Counted from the stretch's first letter, positions 30,958 to 41,531 are shown. The stretch is 64,000 nt of DNA from Deltaproteobacteria bacterium (GCA_034670305.1 JAXMNT010000008.1:147321-211320), one strand, 5' to 3'. The notes: a model not told the origin generated them from the letters alone. Numbers and translations are program-made.

Positions 30958-31416
30958 CTACGGGAGCTGAAACGTGCGCACGAAGTCGTCACCGACCGCG
31001 TGGCAGCCGGTGCAGATCTCGGGCTGTCCGCTGAAGAGGGTGTCGCCGCCACCGTCGTACTCGACGTAGAACCACTGGTCGGGCGTGACCTTCTCCATGC
31101 CGGCGATGAAGCAGAGTTCCCCGCCTTCGTAGCCGTCCTTCACAATCACCGAACCCACCGGCCAGGTCTCGGTCGTCGGGTCCGCGAGCGCCGCTTCGAC
31201 CACGTCGTTGACCCACACTTCGACTTCGTCTCCATGCGCAGCCCGACTCGGTTCGAGCCCGGGGTAGCCAGGCGCCCGGGCCCAACTGCGGTAGTCCTCG
31301 GCCTGGATGGTCTCCCAGAAGCGGGCCGCGCCCTCGGGATCCTGGTCGTCGCCGCACCCGGCCACGAACACCGAGGCGAGAACTGCAGAACAAAGTGCGG
31401 CGCACGAGCGGCTCAT
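30958..31416 (-). CDS. Cytochrome P460-family lipoprotein
   Basis: VAGC lipobox; YRSW, VWVN, WPVGSVIVK, MEK, WFY, C-terminal CTGCH..DFV. Confidence 0.75.
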   Translation of the reverse strand: MSRSCAALCSAVLASVFVAGCGDDQDPEGAARFWETIQAEDYRSWARAPGYPGLEPSRAAHGDEVEVWVNDVVEAALADPTTETWPVGSVIVKDGYEGGELCFIAGMEKVTPDQWFYVEYDGGGDTLFSGQPEICTGCHAVGDDFVRTFQLP

Positions 31417-32630
31417 GGGATCGCGAGGGGTGGAACCGCGGGCGGGATGCTCGGCTTGCGCTTCGGGAGGAACGCGAGCGGTTCGAAGAGCATCAGCGCC
31501 TCTTCGGGCAAGCCCTCCACCATCTGCACCAGCTCCGCCTTCTTCAGGTAGATCTCTTCGCGTCGACCGTCGTCGTGTTCGAACTTGAGCGAGAGTTCGC
31601 TGTCGTTCGGGGAGTGCGCGTTGACCGCGGCTGCGATCGGCGCGAGCCGCGCGGCGATGCGCTCGAGCAACGTTCGCGTCAAACCGCGTTCGAACACGTC
31701 GTGTTCGTCGAGCTGCGCGTAGACGAGCCGCTTCTTGCGCTGAAGCAGCGGCGCGCACTCGGCGCGCAGCACCGCGGCCAGCTCTTCGATGCGCTGGAGG
31801 TCCTCGCCCGACGAGGAGAACGGATCGCCTTCACGCCGAGAGACCCGCGCCACCGAGGCACCGGTGTCGTCCACGTCCAGATCGACGATGTAGCTGTCGC
31901 GGGGCGCATCCATCTTCTTGCGGAGGTGGACCTCCATCGAGTCCGGGCCGAGCTCGACCTCGGTCACGTAGAACTCGTCGAGTGAGTGCACGTCCGGGTT
32001 GAGCGAGCTGCGCAGAAACGCCTTCTTGAAACCCACCTGGATCGTCATGCCGGGGGAGAGTTCCCCAAGCTTGCGCGGCTGGCTCCATCCGCTGTTGCCC
32101 ACTTCGAGCGCGAAACAGGTCGTGAGCTCGCCCGGGTGCACGAGCACGGCTTGGCCCTGCGGTGCGGTGCCGCCTAGGTTGAGCGAGAGCGCCCACGACA
32201 GGGTCGGCAGCGGATCTGCGAGGAGAAACGACTGAAGCACCTGTCGCAGCTGGTTGCGCTTGGCGCCGATCTCTTGCGTGACGTTCATCGACTCCTGGTC
32301 GAGGTTGGCATTGCGCGACTGACGTGCATGGGTGCCGATCGTCTCCACCTGCTCCAGGATCTGCCGCGCGTAAGGCCCGATGAGCTGCGGCGCCCCCGAC
32401 CGGGCCGCGCTGTGCGCAATGGTCGTCGTCAGGTTCTCGAAGAAGTTCTGGATCGCTTCGACCGCGTGCAGATGCTCCTGCGCACGCTCACCGAGGTTCT
32501 GTTCGAGTTGGTCGGCTTCGTACGAGAGCAGGAGCGCTTGGCTGGCGGCCTCCACGAAACTGCGCAGCTCGCGCAAGAAGTCGTAGCCATCGGCGAAGGG
32601 CGACGAATCGCCATAGAGATAGTTCGGCAC
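31413..32630 (-). CDS. Hypothetical protein (N-terminal coiled coil)
   Basis: Long ORF with coding-like codon bias beginning (V)PNYLYGDSSPF; overlaps the P460 start. Confidence 0.7.
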   Translation of the reverse strand: MPNYLYGDSSPFADGYDFLRELRSFVEAASQALLLSYEADQLEQNLGERAQEHLHAVEAIQNFFENLTTTIAHSAARSGAPQLIGPYARQILEQVETIGTHARQSRNANLDQESMNVTQEIGAKRNQLRQVLQSFLLADPLPTLSWALSLNLGGTAPQGQAVLVHPGELTTCFALEVGNSGWSQPRKLGELSPGMTIQVGFKKAFLRSSLNPDVHSLDEFYVTEVELGPDSMEVHLRKKMDAPRDSYIVDLDVDDTGASVARVSRREGDPFSSSGEDLQRIEELAAVLRAECAPLLQRKKRLVYAQLDEHDVFERGLTRTLLERIAARLAPIAAAVNAHSPNDSELSLKFEHDDGRREEIYLKKAELVQMVEGLPEEALMLFEPLAFLPKRKPSIPPAVPPLAIP

Positions 32631-32674
32631 GGCAGAACAGCCTATCTCTTCGCCAGAGCCGCTGTACAGACCCA

Positions 32675-34270
32675 GTGGCACAACGCGGCCGTTCCAAGAT
32701 ACACTGCGGGCCAGTGGCAGTGGAGCAGGCCGGGGGGGGCGACGAAGTGTCGGGTGACGTGGAAGAGTCCGCGGTCGGAGCCCGCACGCAGGCACCCCCA
32801 CATGGTGAACCCACCATCGGCGTGTCCGGCATCGCCCGGACAAGTACGCCCCCGCCGCTGGTCGAGTTCGGCCGGTACCGCGTCCTCGGGCGGCTGGCCG
32901 TGGGCGGCATGGCGGAGATCTTCCTGGCCGAAGAAGCGGCCGGCGATGGGGCCCGGTCGGTCGTGATCAAGGTGTTGCGGCATCAACTCCGCGACGACCC
33001 GGCATTCGACGCGCTCTTCCGACAGGAAGGGTCCATGACGATGCAGCTCGCCCACCCCAACATCTGCACCGTCTACGATTTCGGGAAGCAGAACGATCTG
33101 TTCTTCATCGCGATGGAACACGTCGACGGGGTCACCCTCTGGGAGATCCTTGGCCGCTTGAGCCGACAGAAGAAGCGGATCCAGCCGGCGCTCGCGGTCG
33201 CGATTCTTTCGCGCGTCGCCGCCGCCCTCGACTACGCCCACCACGCCCGCGATTCGAAACGCAAGGTGCTCGGGGTGGTTCATCGGGACGTCTCGCCGCA
33301 CAACGTGATGGTCCGCTTCGACGGGGTCGTGAAGCTGCTCGACTTCGGCGTCGCCAAAGTCCAGTCGCTGGAAGAGACCGAAGAGAAGTCGATGGTCAAG
33401 GGCAAGTCGGCGTACTTGGCGCCGGAGCAATGCCAGTCCAAACCCCTCGATGGACGCTGCGATGTGTTCGCGCTCGGCATCTGCCTGTTCGAAGCGCTCA
33501 CAGGCCGTCGACTCTACCGGCGCGAAGGGGCGTTCGAGACCTTCAAGGCGATCGTGCAAGAGCCGCCCCCCGACCTCTCGAAACACTTCGACCCGGGCCT
33601 CGCCAAAATCGTCAAGACCGCGCTGGGCAAGGCGCCGGAAGACCGGTATCCGACCGCGGGCAAGATGCACCTCGAGATGGAACGGTGGCTCTCCGAGCAG
33701 CGAGAGGTGATCACCGCCGCACGCCTCGAAGACTTCTTGCACGAACTGTTCGGTGAAGACGCGGACCGGGCACCGACGCTGGAGCGCGGTCCGGAAGCGA
33801 TCGCCCGACTGAAAGCCAACGCGCCGGTTTCCGCTCCGGTCCCCGAGACGACGAGCCGTCCCAAGTGGATGTGGATGGCAGCAGCCGCCGCGGTGATCGG
33901 CATCGCCGGCGGCGCCTACGCCGCACTGAGCGGCCCTGCACCCGACGAACACTCCGACGAGCGGGCGGAACAGCAGGCCGCGCTCACAGCGCAAGCGCGT
34001 GACCTCGAAGCCCAGTCGCGTGCGCTCGAGGAACGAAGCGCCGCTCACGAAGCCAACCAAGCGGAGGCTATCGAGAGGGCGGAAGCAGCCCGGCGCGAGG
34101 CGGAAGCCGCGGCTTTGGAAGCAGCCGCGGCGGCCGCAGCCGCGCAGGCAGAAGCAGAAGCAGCAGCGGCGGAAGCCGCCGCCCAGGCAGAAGCAGAAGC
34201 CGCCTCCATGACCGCGTCGATGAGACGCACCACCATGCGACGACGTTTCGTTCGGGAGCCGGACTTTTGA
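32675..34270 (+). CDS. Membrane Ser/Thr protein kinase (start codon uncertain)
   Basis: LAVGGMAEIF, HRDVSPHN, DFGVAK, GKSAYLAPE, one TM segment, Ala/Glu-rich tail. Confidence 0.88.
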   Translation: MAQRGRSKIHCGPVAVEQAGGGDEVSGDVEESAVGARTQAPPHGEPTIGVSGIARTSTPPPLVEFGRYRVLGRLAVGGMAEIFLAEEAAGDGARSVVIKVLRHQLRDDPAFDALFRQEGSMTMQLAHPNICTVYDFGKQNDLFFIAMEHVDGVTLWEILGRLSRQKKRIQPALAVAILSRVAAALDYAHHARDSKRKVLGVVHRDVSPHNVMVRFDGVVKLLDFGVAKVQSLEETEEKSMVKGKSAYLAPEQCQSKPLDGRCDVFALGICLFEALTGRRLYRREGAFETFKAIVQEPPPDLSKHFDPGLAKIVKTALGKAPEDRYPTAGKMHLEMERWLSEQREVITAARLEDFLHELFGEDADRAPTLERGPEAIARLKANAPVSAPVPETTSRPKWMWMAAAAAVIGIAGGAYAALSGPAPDEHSDERAEQQAALTAQARDLEAQSRALEERSAAHEANQAEAIERAEAARREAEAAALEAAAAAAAAQAEAEAAAAEAAAQAEAEAASMTASMRRTTMRRRFVREPDF

Positions 34271-35037
34271 TACGCACCATCGGGCGCCCCGCGCTCGCCC
34301 TCTTTCTTCTCTTCGCACTCGGCTCGGAGCTGCACGCCCAGGCGCCGGCCGAGGACGGTTCGACCAACGGTTCGACCGACGAAGACACGAACCGGGAACG
34401 GGCCCGGGCCCTCTTCCGGGAAGGGGTCGATCACGTCGAAGCGAGGGACTTGGAGGCGGCCGCGACGGCGTTCGAAGCCGCGCTCGGTTTCCACGACGCG
34501 TCGTCGATCCGGTTCAACCTCGCCTCCGCGCTGTTCGAGCTCGATCGGTTCACCGCCGCGTACCCGCACCTCGTGCAGCTCCAGGAGACATCGGAACTCG
34601 AGGCCGTCATGGCCCGCAGTGTGCGCCGCATGCTCGACCGGTCGACCGCGCGCATCGGGCGTCTGACCATCCGAGCGAGCGGCTCGATCGAGGAGGTCGC
34701 GCTCGACGGGGAGGTGCTGCCCGCCGGTCAAGAAGTCACCCCCGTCGAGCCGGGATCCCACGTGGTGGAAGGCCGCGTGGCCCAAGAGGTCGCGGTGCGA
34801 CGGGAGGTCGCGGTCGCCGCCGGCGAACGCGCCATCGTGGATCTCACACTCGTCCGTATCGAAGACGAACAAGACCCCCTGCCCATCGTCGAGACGCCGA
34901 GCCGGGTGGGTCGCCGCGTCGGCATCATCGCCGCCGTGGTGGCGGTGGTTGCCGTGGGCGTGGTCCTCGGCGTCGTGCTCTCGGGCGGTGAGGACGAAGT
35001 CCAAGGGGACCTGAACCCCGGAGTCCTCCGATGGTGA
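34267..35037 (+). CDS. Exported TPR + PEGA-like protein with C-terminal TM
   Basis: Signal peptide, RARALFREG..FNLA TPR-like helices, VEPGSHVVE; coupled to the kinase gene. Confidence 0.7.
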   Translation: MIRTIGRPALALFLLFALGSELHAQAPAEDGSTNGSTDEDTNRERARALFREGVDHVEARDLEAAATAFEAALGFHDASSIRFNLASALFELDRFTAAYPHLVQLQETSELEAVMARSVRRMLDRSTARIGRLTIRASGSIEEVALDGEVLPAGQEVTPVEPGSHVVEGRVAQEVAVRREVAVAAGERAIVDLTLVRIEDEQDPLPIVETPSRVGRRVGIIAAVVAVVAVGVVLGVVLSGGEDEVQGDLNPGVLRW

Positions 35038-36158
35038 ACACTCGGTGCTTCTGCGCTGCCCTCCTTCTCTTGGCCCTCGCGTGCTCGAGCGACCCGACCC
35101 AGGTGATCGTCGTCGTCGACAGTGACCTGACGGTCCCGTCCGAACTCGACGGGTTGGTCATCGAAGTCACCGGCCCAGACGGTGAAGTGCAGAGCGCGAG
35201 CGGCGGACTCGGCCCGATGGAGTTGCCGCTCCCCCGCACGCTCGCCCTCAGTCACACCTCGGGTGCCCTCGGCCCGTTTGACGTCGTCGCGCGCGGACAG
35301 CGCAGTGGTGCGACCGTCATCGAGCGGCGCGCCCAGTTCGAGTTCCAGCAAGGGCGGGTGCTCGTCCTTGAGATGCATCTCGTCCGGAGCTGCCTCGGCG
35401 TCGCGTGCGTCTCCGGAGAGACCTGTTCGGAGCGGGGCTGTGTCTCGACCCTGGTGCCGCCGAGCGCGCTGCCCGAATGGACCGGACTGCCCCCCATGCT
35501 GGGGGATGCCGGGCCAACGGACGGTGGTGTCGACGCGGGCATCGACGCACCGCCCGACACCTCGTTCGATGCGTGTGTCCCGATGGGCAGCGAACTCTGC
35601 GACGGACTCGACCAAGACTGCGACGGGCGCATCGACGAGGGCTTCGCCGAGATCGCCGATGTCTGCGCCGACGGCCTCGACCAAGACTGCGATGGGCGCA
35701 CCGACGAAGGCTCGGATGAGCTGTGCAACGGGGCCGACGACGACTGCGACGACGCCGTGGACGAAGGCCTCGAGGGCGTCGAGGAACTCTGCGACGGTCT
35801 CGATCAGGACTGCGACACGCTCGTCGACGAAGGGCTGGCCGGCACGCCCGAGGTCTGCGACGGCTTGGACCAGGACTGCGACGCGATGGTCGACGAAGGC
35901 TTCGACACCCTGACCGACGTCGACCATTGCGGCGGGTGCGGAATGGTGTGCCGCGTGATGAATGGAACCCCGAGCTGCGCGGCGGGCACGTGCGTGGTCG
36001 AGAGCTGCAACGGGACCTTCGCCAACTGCGACGGCCGGGTCGACAACGGCTGCGAAGTCGACACCAATGTGAGCACCATGCACTGCGGCACCTGCACGAA
36101 CGAGTGCAGTCCACCGCTCCGCATGTGCTGCGCCGGCACCTGCGCCCGCGACTGCTGA
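35031..36158 (+). CDS. Lipoprotein with repeated putative metal-binding (MopE-like) motifs
   Basis: LALAC lipobox; five E(L/V)CDGLDQDCDG..DEG-type repeats; Cys-rich C-terminus. Confidence 0.8.
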   Translation: MVNTRCFCAALLLLALACSSDPTQVIVVVDSDLTVPSELDGLVIEVTGPDGEVQSASGGLGPMELPLPRTLALSHTSGALGPFDVVARGQRSGATVIERRAQFEFQQGRVLVLEMHLVRSCLGVACVSGETCSERGCVSTLVPPSALPEWTGLPPMLGDAGPTDGGVDAGIDAPPDTSFDACVPMGSELCDGLDQDCDGRIDEGFAEIADVCADGLDQDCDGRTDEGSDELCNGADDDCDDAVDEGLEGVEELCDGLDQDCDTLVDEGLAGTPEVCDGLDQDCDAMVDEGFDTLTDVDHCGGCGMVCRVMNGTPSCAAGTCVVESCNGTFANCDGRVDNGCEVDTNVSTMHCGTCTNECSPPLRMCCAGTCARDC

Positions 36159-36173
36159 GCGGCTAGACCCTGA

Positions 36174-37364
36174 TCAGCGTGTGCGCATGCGCTCGAGGCG
36201 CTCCGTCAGTTGCGCCTCGGTGTCGATGCTCGTCGCACGTCCGTGTCCGAGCGCCTTGAAGACCGACTGAACTTCGGCGAGTCCGCGCGCCGCCGCTTGC
36301 GCGGCCGCTTTCGGGCTGCCCTTGAACGGGTGGGCCTCACACGTGCCAGTCGCCGGATCGTAGCCCCAGGTCCCGAACACCCGGCCGCCCAGTTGCAGGG
36401 TGCGGTCGAGCGGCTGACCGCTTTCTCCAATCGGCGTCTGCTTGCCTCGTCCGAACGTCGCGATCGGGAACCCCCGGTGCGCCGGTTCCAAGAGCGGCGC
36501 CGCGGAGAGTCGCATCGCGAAGAGGTTGTCGAGCGCGGGGATCAGCGCGACCGCGGGTTTGCCGATCGCGGGCGGCTTCGAACCCGCGACCACGAACGCT
36601 TCGCCGAGTTCCTCGACCTCGACGCAGTCGAAGGCGCCGCGTTCGATCGCGGCTTTGGCTTCGGTCTGGTTCAGCCCCGTCCACGACGCGAACTCCTTGC
36701 GGGTCGCCGGCCCTGCCCATTGGAAGAACCGTTTCGCCAGCGCGTCGTGCGCCGCCTCGGGTTGCATGGACTTCGCGACTTTGCCGGTGGCCGTCCACGC
36801 GTAGCGTTCGTGGTCGAGCCGATCGTCCACCGGCACCCGCGCGATGCGTCCGGCGAACTCCAAGCGGCGGAGCGCCGAAGGAAGCGTGGTGGTGAGCCCA
36901 ACCTTCTTGCCCGCTGGCCCCAGCGACCGCACCAGACCCTCGGGAAGCGCCGCCGAGAGCGCGCGGGTTTCGGTCGGCGTCTTCAGCCGCTTCAGGATGT
37001 CCTTCGCGAGGCCGTCGACCTCGTCGAGCGAGCTGCCCGCCTTCTCGAGATCGCGCGCCATGCGTTTGTCGCTCTGAGCCGCAGCGACCGCGAGCGAGAG
37101 CGGCACGTCCGCTTTGGGCACCAAGTACATGCAGCCCCGCACCGAGGGCACCACACAGAGCGCACCCTTCTTCACCGCCGCATGCACGGACTTGACCGTG
37201 GCTTTGGAAGTCCGGGCCGCGAGCGCGAGGTACGCCTCCGCCCCGCCGATCGTCCGGAGCCACCCGGTCGACGCCGCCGCCTTCGCGAGCGAAAGATCCC
37301 CCCGCGCGTGCAGCCCCTGTCCATGCGCCCATGCCGAGCGCGCCTGAGTGAGTGTCCATGCCAT
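36174..37364 (-). CDS. AlkZ-like (HTH_42) winged-helix DNA glycosylase family protein
   Basis: AYLALAART, SVRGCMYLVP, RFFQWAGPATRKEFASWTGL, LIPALD motifs. Confidence 0.7.
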   Translation of the reverse strand: MAWTLTQARSAWAHGQGLHARGDLSLAKAAASTGWLRTIGGAEAYLALAARTSKATVKSVHAAVKKGALCVVPSVRGCMYLVPKADVPLSLAVAAAQSDKRMARDLEKAGSSLDEVDGLAKDILKRLKTPTETRALSAALPEGLVRSLGPAGKKVGLTTTLPSALRRLEFAGRIARVPVDDRLDHERYAWTATGKVAKSMQPEAAHDALAKRFFQWAGPATRKEFASWTGLNQTEAKAAIERGAFDCVEVEELGEAFVVAGSKPPAIGKPAVALIPALDNLFAMRLSAAPLLEPAHRGFPIATFGRGKQTPIGESGQPLDRTLQLGGRVFGTWGYDPATGTCEAHPFKGSPKAAAQAAARGLAEVQSVFKALGHGRATSIDTEAQLTERLERMRTR

Positions 37365-37424
37365 CGGGGCCGATGACAGCATGAGAGTGGCCGTTGGTGA
37401 TAGAGGGGGCGGGGGCGGTCGCGG

Positions 37425-37595
37425 GAGCGGAAGCGGAAGCGGAAGCGGTCGGAAGCGGAAACGGAAGCGGTCGCGGTCGCGGAAGCGGAAGCCGAAGCCG
37501 AAGCCGAAGCCGAGGCCGAGGCCGAGGCCGAAGCCGAAGCCGAAGCCGAGGCCGAAGCCGAAGCCGAGGCCGAAGCCGAAGCCGAAGCCGAAGCC
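37425..37595 (+). repeat. (GCGGAA)n then (GCCGAA/GCCGAG)n hexamer array
   Basis: Read directly; lies in a divergent intergenic region. Confidence 0.9.
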
Positions 37596-37649
37596 GCTGT
37601 CTCTGCCCGTCCGCTCGAATCGCTGGCGGTTTCAGATAGGCTCGGCGGC

Positions 37650-38864
37650 GTGACCCACTACGCCTTCGTCCTGCAGGTGCTGATCGGCGGCGCGCTGGTG
37701 GTGGGGGCGGCCGCGGTGATGCGGAACCGGTTCTTCGCGACGTTCACGACGGTGCTGCTCACGGTGCAGGGCATCACCGCGGTGGCGCTGTGGCCGCGCT
37801 ATGCGTGGGCGGCGCCGGCCTTCATCTACTTGCAGGCGTGCGTGCATCTGCACTTCTTGAGTCTGTCGCGTGCGCGGATGCGGCCGCTCGCCTGGCGGCT
37901 CCTGATCAGCATCCCCGGACTCTTCTTCGGGGCCATCATGCTCTTCGGGTTGCCGTGGGGCATCGTCGCGCTCTTCGGCCGCACCCCCTACGGCGTGGAG
38001 TTCGTCTTCGTCGCCGCGGCGGTTGGCGTGGTGCAGTCGCTCTACACGCGGGAGCGGACGGTCGACGTCGTGCTCGATGGCGAAGACGTCGGTGCGCAGC
38101 GCCGACTCGCGCTTCCCAAGGCCGCACCCACCGAACACGAGCCACTCCGCATCGTACAGATCACCGACCCGCACCTCGGGCCGCTGATGAGCGTGCGTCG
38201 GCTGCGCCGCATCTGCGAGCGGGCGGTCGCGCGGGACCCACACCTCGTGCTGCTCACCGGCGATTTTCTCACGATGGAGTCCCACGCGGATCCGATGGTC
38301 CTCGAAGACTCGCTCCGGCCGCTCGCCGCGATCAGCGACCGCGTCTTCGCGTGTTTCGGCAACCACGACCACGAAGCACCGGAGCTCGTGCGCCACGTAT
38401 GCCGCACCTTGGGAATCACCCTGCTGGTCGACCAGGAGACCAGGGTAGACACACCGGCCGGTCCAGTGCAGCTCGTCGGGGCCGACTACGCATTCCGCAA
38501 ACGGCGCGAACACTTGGCGGCTCTGGCGCAGAAGTTCCCCCGCCGCGAGGACCACCTGCGGGTGTGGCTCCTCCACGACCCAGGCGCGTTCCGCCACATC
38601 CCCGAAGGCGAAGCGGATCTCGTCTTCAGCGGTCACACCCACGGCGGACAGGTCGGGCTCGTCTCCCTCGGCATCCCGTGGACGTTCGTGAGCGCGTTCA
38701 CGCCAATCCCCGACTTCGGCTTCTGGGGACGCGGCCCCGACCGGCTCTACGTGCACCGCGGCACCGGCGTCTACGGGTTCCCGCTGCGCGTCGGCGTGCC
38801 CGGCGAGCAGTCCCTCGTGCGCGTGTTCGACCAGCGCGCGCCCCTCCGGCCCGAGACCGCATGA
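37650..38864 (+). CDS. Membrane-anchored metallophosphoesterase
   Basis: TDPH, TGDF, GNHD, LLHDP, SGHTHGGQ; N-terminal TM segments. Confidence 0.9.
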   Translation: MTHYAFVLQVLIGGALVVGAAAVMRNRFFATFTTVLLTVQGITAVALWPRYAWAAPAFIYLQACVHLHFLSLSRARMRPLAWRLLISIPGLFFGAIMLFGLPWGIVALFGRTPYGVEFVFVAAAVGVVQSLYTRERTVDVVLDGEDVGAQRRLALPKAAPTEHEPLRIVQITDPHLGPLMSVRRLRRICERAVARDPHLVLLTGDFLTMESHADPMVLEDSLRPLAAISDRVFACFGNHDHEAPELVRHVCRTLGITLLVDQETRVDTPAGPVQLVGADYAFRKRREHLAALAQKFPRREDHLRVWLLHDPGAFRHIPEGEADLVFSGHTHGGQVGLVSLGIPWTFVSAFTPIPDFGFWGRGPDRLYVHRGTGVYGFPLRVGVPGEQSLVRVFDQRAPLRPETA

Positions 38865-40423
38865 AGACCTCCCGCAGCAAGTGGCTCTACGATGGTCTCG
38901 CGGCGTTCAGCGTCGCGCTCGTACTCCTACCGCAGTCGCTTGCGTACGCCGAACTCGCCGGCATGCCCGCGTACCACGGCTTCTACGCCGCCGCGCTGCC
39001 TCCGCTCTTCGCCGCGTTCTTCGCGTCCTCGCCGTACCTGCAGACCGGCCCGACCGCGCTCACGAGCCTCCTCGCGTTCGCTGCCCTCGCCAACCTCGCC
39101 ACGCCGGGCTCCACCGAATTCGTCGCGCTCGCCGCGCTCTTGGCGATCATCGTCGGCGCGATCCGGATCATCGTCGGCCTCATGGGCGCCGGTTCCATCA
39201 GCTACATGATGAGCCAACCCGTCGTCCGCGGGTTCACCGGTGGCGCGGCGGTCCTGATCCTCTTCTCGCAGTTGCCGAAGGTGTTCGGCGTACAAACCGA
39301 TGGCTCGACGCTCGGGGCCGGCTTCGCCGCAGTACAGGACCCCGCGACGTGGAACCTCGAAGCCGTGGCACTGGCGGCCGCGACCGTCTTCGTGATGCTC
39401 GCCGGCAAGCACCTCTCCAAGTTCTTTCCCGGCGTGCTCGTCGCGGTGGTCGGCGGCACTCTGTTCGCGACGTGGTCGGGCTACGAAGGCGCGATGGTGG
39501 GCGAAGTGCCCGCCGTCGTCCTGCCGCCCTTCTCGCTCGACCTGCCGTGGTCGCGCGTGCCGCAGCTGCTCGTGAGCGGCCTCGTGCTCGCGGTGGTCGG
39601 ATTCGCCGAAGTCGCATCCGTCTCGCAGACCTACGCCGAGCGCACCCGCACCCCCTGGGATCCGAACCGCGAGTTCATCAGCCAAGGCGTCGCGAACCTG
39701 ACCGCCGGCGTCGCAGGCGGCTTCCCGGTGGGCGGCTCGTTCTCGCGCTCGGCGCTCGCCTACGAAGCCGGCGCCAAGAGCCGCCGGGCCGGAGCCCTGA
39801 CCGGCGCGGTGGTCTTTCTCTGCGTGCCGTTCGCGGGCTTGCTCTCCCACCTGCCGATGGCCGTGCTCGGCGGCATCGTGCTCGGCGCGGTGGTGAAGCT
39901 GCTCGACCCCCGACCCTTGCTCGCGCTGTTCTCGCAGTCCCGGCTGCAGGCCACCGTCGCCTACGTGACCTTCGGCGCCACGCTGGTCCTCGCGCCCCAC
40001 GTCGAGTGGGCGGTGCTGCTCGGAGTGGGGGTCGCGCTCTTCGTGCACATCTGGCGGGAGCAGTGGTTCGAGGTCGACGTGCGTCAGGTGCCCGGCGCGC
40101 TCGTGCTCACCCCCGAGGGCGTGCTTTGGTTCGGCACCGCACCGCTCGTCGGCCGCGCCCTCGCCAAAGCCCTGGCCTCCGCCGACCCCAAGACCACCAC
40201 CGTGATCATCGATCTCTCCCACCTCGGCCGCATCGATCTCAGCGGCGCGCTCGCCCTGGCCGAGATCGTCACCCGCGGCCGCGAAGCAAAGCTCGAAGTG
40301 CGGTTCGCGGATGTGCCCGAGCACTCCGGGCGCATCCTGCGCCGCGTCTGCCAAGACGTGCCCTGGGACCCCGACCCACCGGACCTCTCCGGCGTCGCGG
40401 AGGAGTCCGCAGAATCGGAGTAG
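38861..40423 (+). CDS. SulP family anion transporter with STAS domain
   Basis: LPQSLAYAELAG, GPTA, DPNREF, GGSFSRS, C-terminal DLSHLGRIDLSG. Confidence 0.9.
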   Translation: MKTSRSKWLYDGLAAFSVALVLLPQSLAYAELAGMPAYHGFYAAALPPLFAAFFASSPYLQTGPTALTSLLAFAALANLATPGSTEFVALAALLAIIVGAIRIIVGLMGAGSISYMMSQPVVRGFTGGAAVLILFSQLPKVFGVQTDGSTLGAGFAAVQDPATWNLEAVALAAATVFVMLAGKHLSKFFPGVLVAVVGGTLFATWSGYEGAMVGEVPAVVLPPFSLDLPWSRVPQLLVSGLVLAVVGFAEVASVSQTYAERTRTPWDPNREFISQGVANLTAGVAGGFPVGGSFSRSALAYEAGAKSRRAGALTGAVVFLCVPFAGLLSHLPMAVLGGIVLGAVVKLLDPRPLLALFSQSRLQATVAYVTFGATLVLAPHVEWAVLLGVGVALFVHIWREQWFEVDVRQVPGALVLTPEGVLWFGTAPLVGRALAKALASADPKTTTVIIDLSHLGRIDLSGALALAEIVTRGREAKLEVRFADVPEHSGRILRRVCQDVPWDPDPPDLSGVAEESAESE

Positions 40424-40451
40424 CGCATCCCGCAGACGTGCTCGGAAGCCG

Positions 40452-40593
40452 CCGCTTCCGCTTCCGCTTCCGCTTCCGCCACCGCTTCCGGTTCTGCATC
40501 CGCTTCCGCTTCCGCTTCCGCTTCCGCTTCCGCTTCCGCGTGCGCTTCCGCAACCGCATCCGCATCCGGTTCCGCTTCCGCGTGCGCGCTTCC
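40452..40593 (+). repeat. (GCTTCC)n-type hexamer array upstream of tRNA-Pro
   Basis: Read directly. Confidence 0.9.
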
Positions 40594-40698
40594 GTGTACA
40601 TCGGCGGCTCACGCACCCCGGTGCTGCGGCGCCGAGTGACGCCCGATGCCGAATCTGGGTTGAGCCGCCGCGCGGCCGGTATTACGTTCGGACTTCTT

Positions 40699-40775
40699 CG
40701 GGGTGTCGCACAGCCTGGTAGTGCACGAGCTTTGGGTGTTCGTTGTCGTCGGTTCGAATCCGGCCACCCCGACCA
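40699..40775 (+). tRNA. tRNA-Pro(TGG)
   Basis: CGGGGTG/CACCCCG acceptor stem, anticodon loop TTTGGGT, GGTTCGAATCC T-arm, encoded CCA. Confidence 0.95.
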
Positions 40776-40836
40776 GGCAACCGAGCGGCGGACTGCAACT
40801 CGGTCCGCCGCACCGGTTTCTGCCCGTTCGAGCGCT

Positions 40837-41448
40837 CTACATCGGGCCGATCGCCGACATCGGCGCCGCGCCGTAACAACAGAACGCCACCGCGCCGAGC
40901 ACGGGCCGCGCGTCGTAGAGCGCCTGGTGCCGGGCCGTCTCCGCCGCGTCGAACGCCGCGATGTGATCGAAGTAGTCGTCCGGAAAACGCACCGCGGGCG
41001 CACACCCGGGCTCGGACGCATCGGGACCGGGCGCAAGCACGCACTGGGTCTGGCGGTACTCGTGGGTGCTCACCGCCTGTCCATGGGTCTCGAGCGGAAC
41101 ACACGCGCTGTAGCAACACCCATGGGCGAGGTTCGCCGCGTACACCCCCGAGAGCGGCGCGTCGTAGACCAGCCGCGCCCGCGGATCGCGATGGCGCGCA
41201 GACGCCACCTCGTCCCGATCCTCCAGCCCCGACGGATCCTCCGGACACGCCGTGCGCGCCTCGAGCATCTGTCCACACGCGAACTGCCGGGTCTGGTTGG
41301 GAGGACACCCGAGGATCCCCACCGCGGCCGGCTCGGCCGATGGTGCGACCGCCGCTGGCGCCGAAGCCACAGCCACCGCTTCGGCCGGCGCCTGCGTGGA
41401 AGGCGCGCCACATGCGCCGCACAACATCGAAACCACCCGCCAATCCAT
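40837..41448 (-). CDS. Cys-rich hypothetical lipoprotein
   Basis: LCGAC lipobox-like start, Ala/Pro linker, two CCY motifs. Confidence 0.55.
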   Translation of the reverse strand: MDWRVVSMLCGACGAPSTQAPAEAVAVASAPAAVAPSAEPAAVGILGCPPNQTRQFACGQMLEARTACPEDPSGLEDRDEVASARHRDPRARLVYDAPLSGVYAANLAHGCCYSACVPLETHGQAVSTHEYRQTQCVLAPGPDASEPGCAPAVRFPDDYFDHIAAFDAAETARHQALYDARPVLGAVAFCCYGAAPMSAIGPM

Positions 41449-41531
41449 AGGCGGAGCATACCAACCCGTCCGATTCGAGCCGATTCGACCCCTTGCGAGA
41501 CCTCCGAACCGGCGCTACCCGTGGACTTCCT

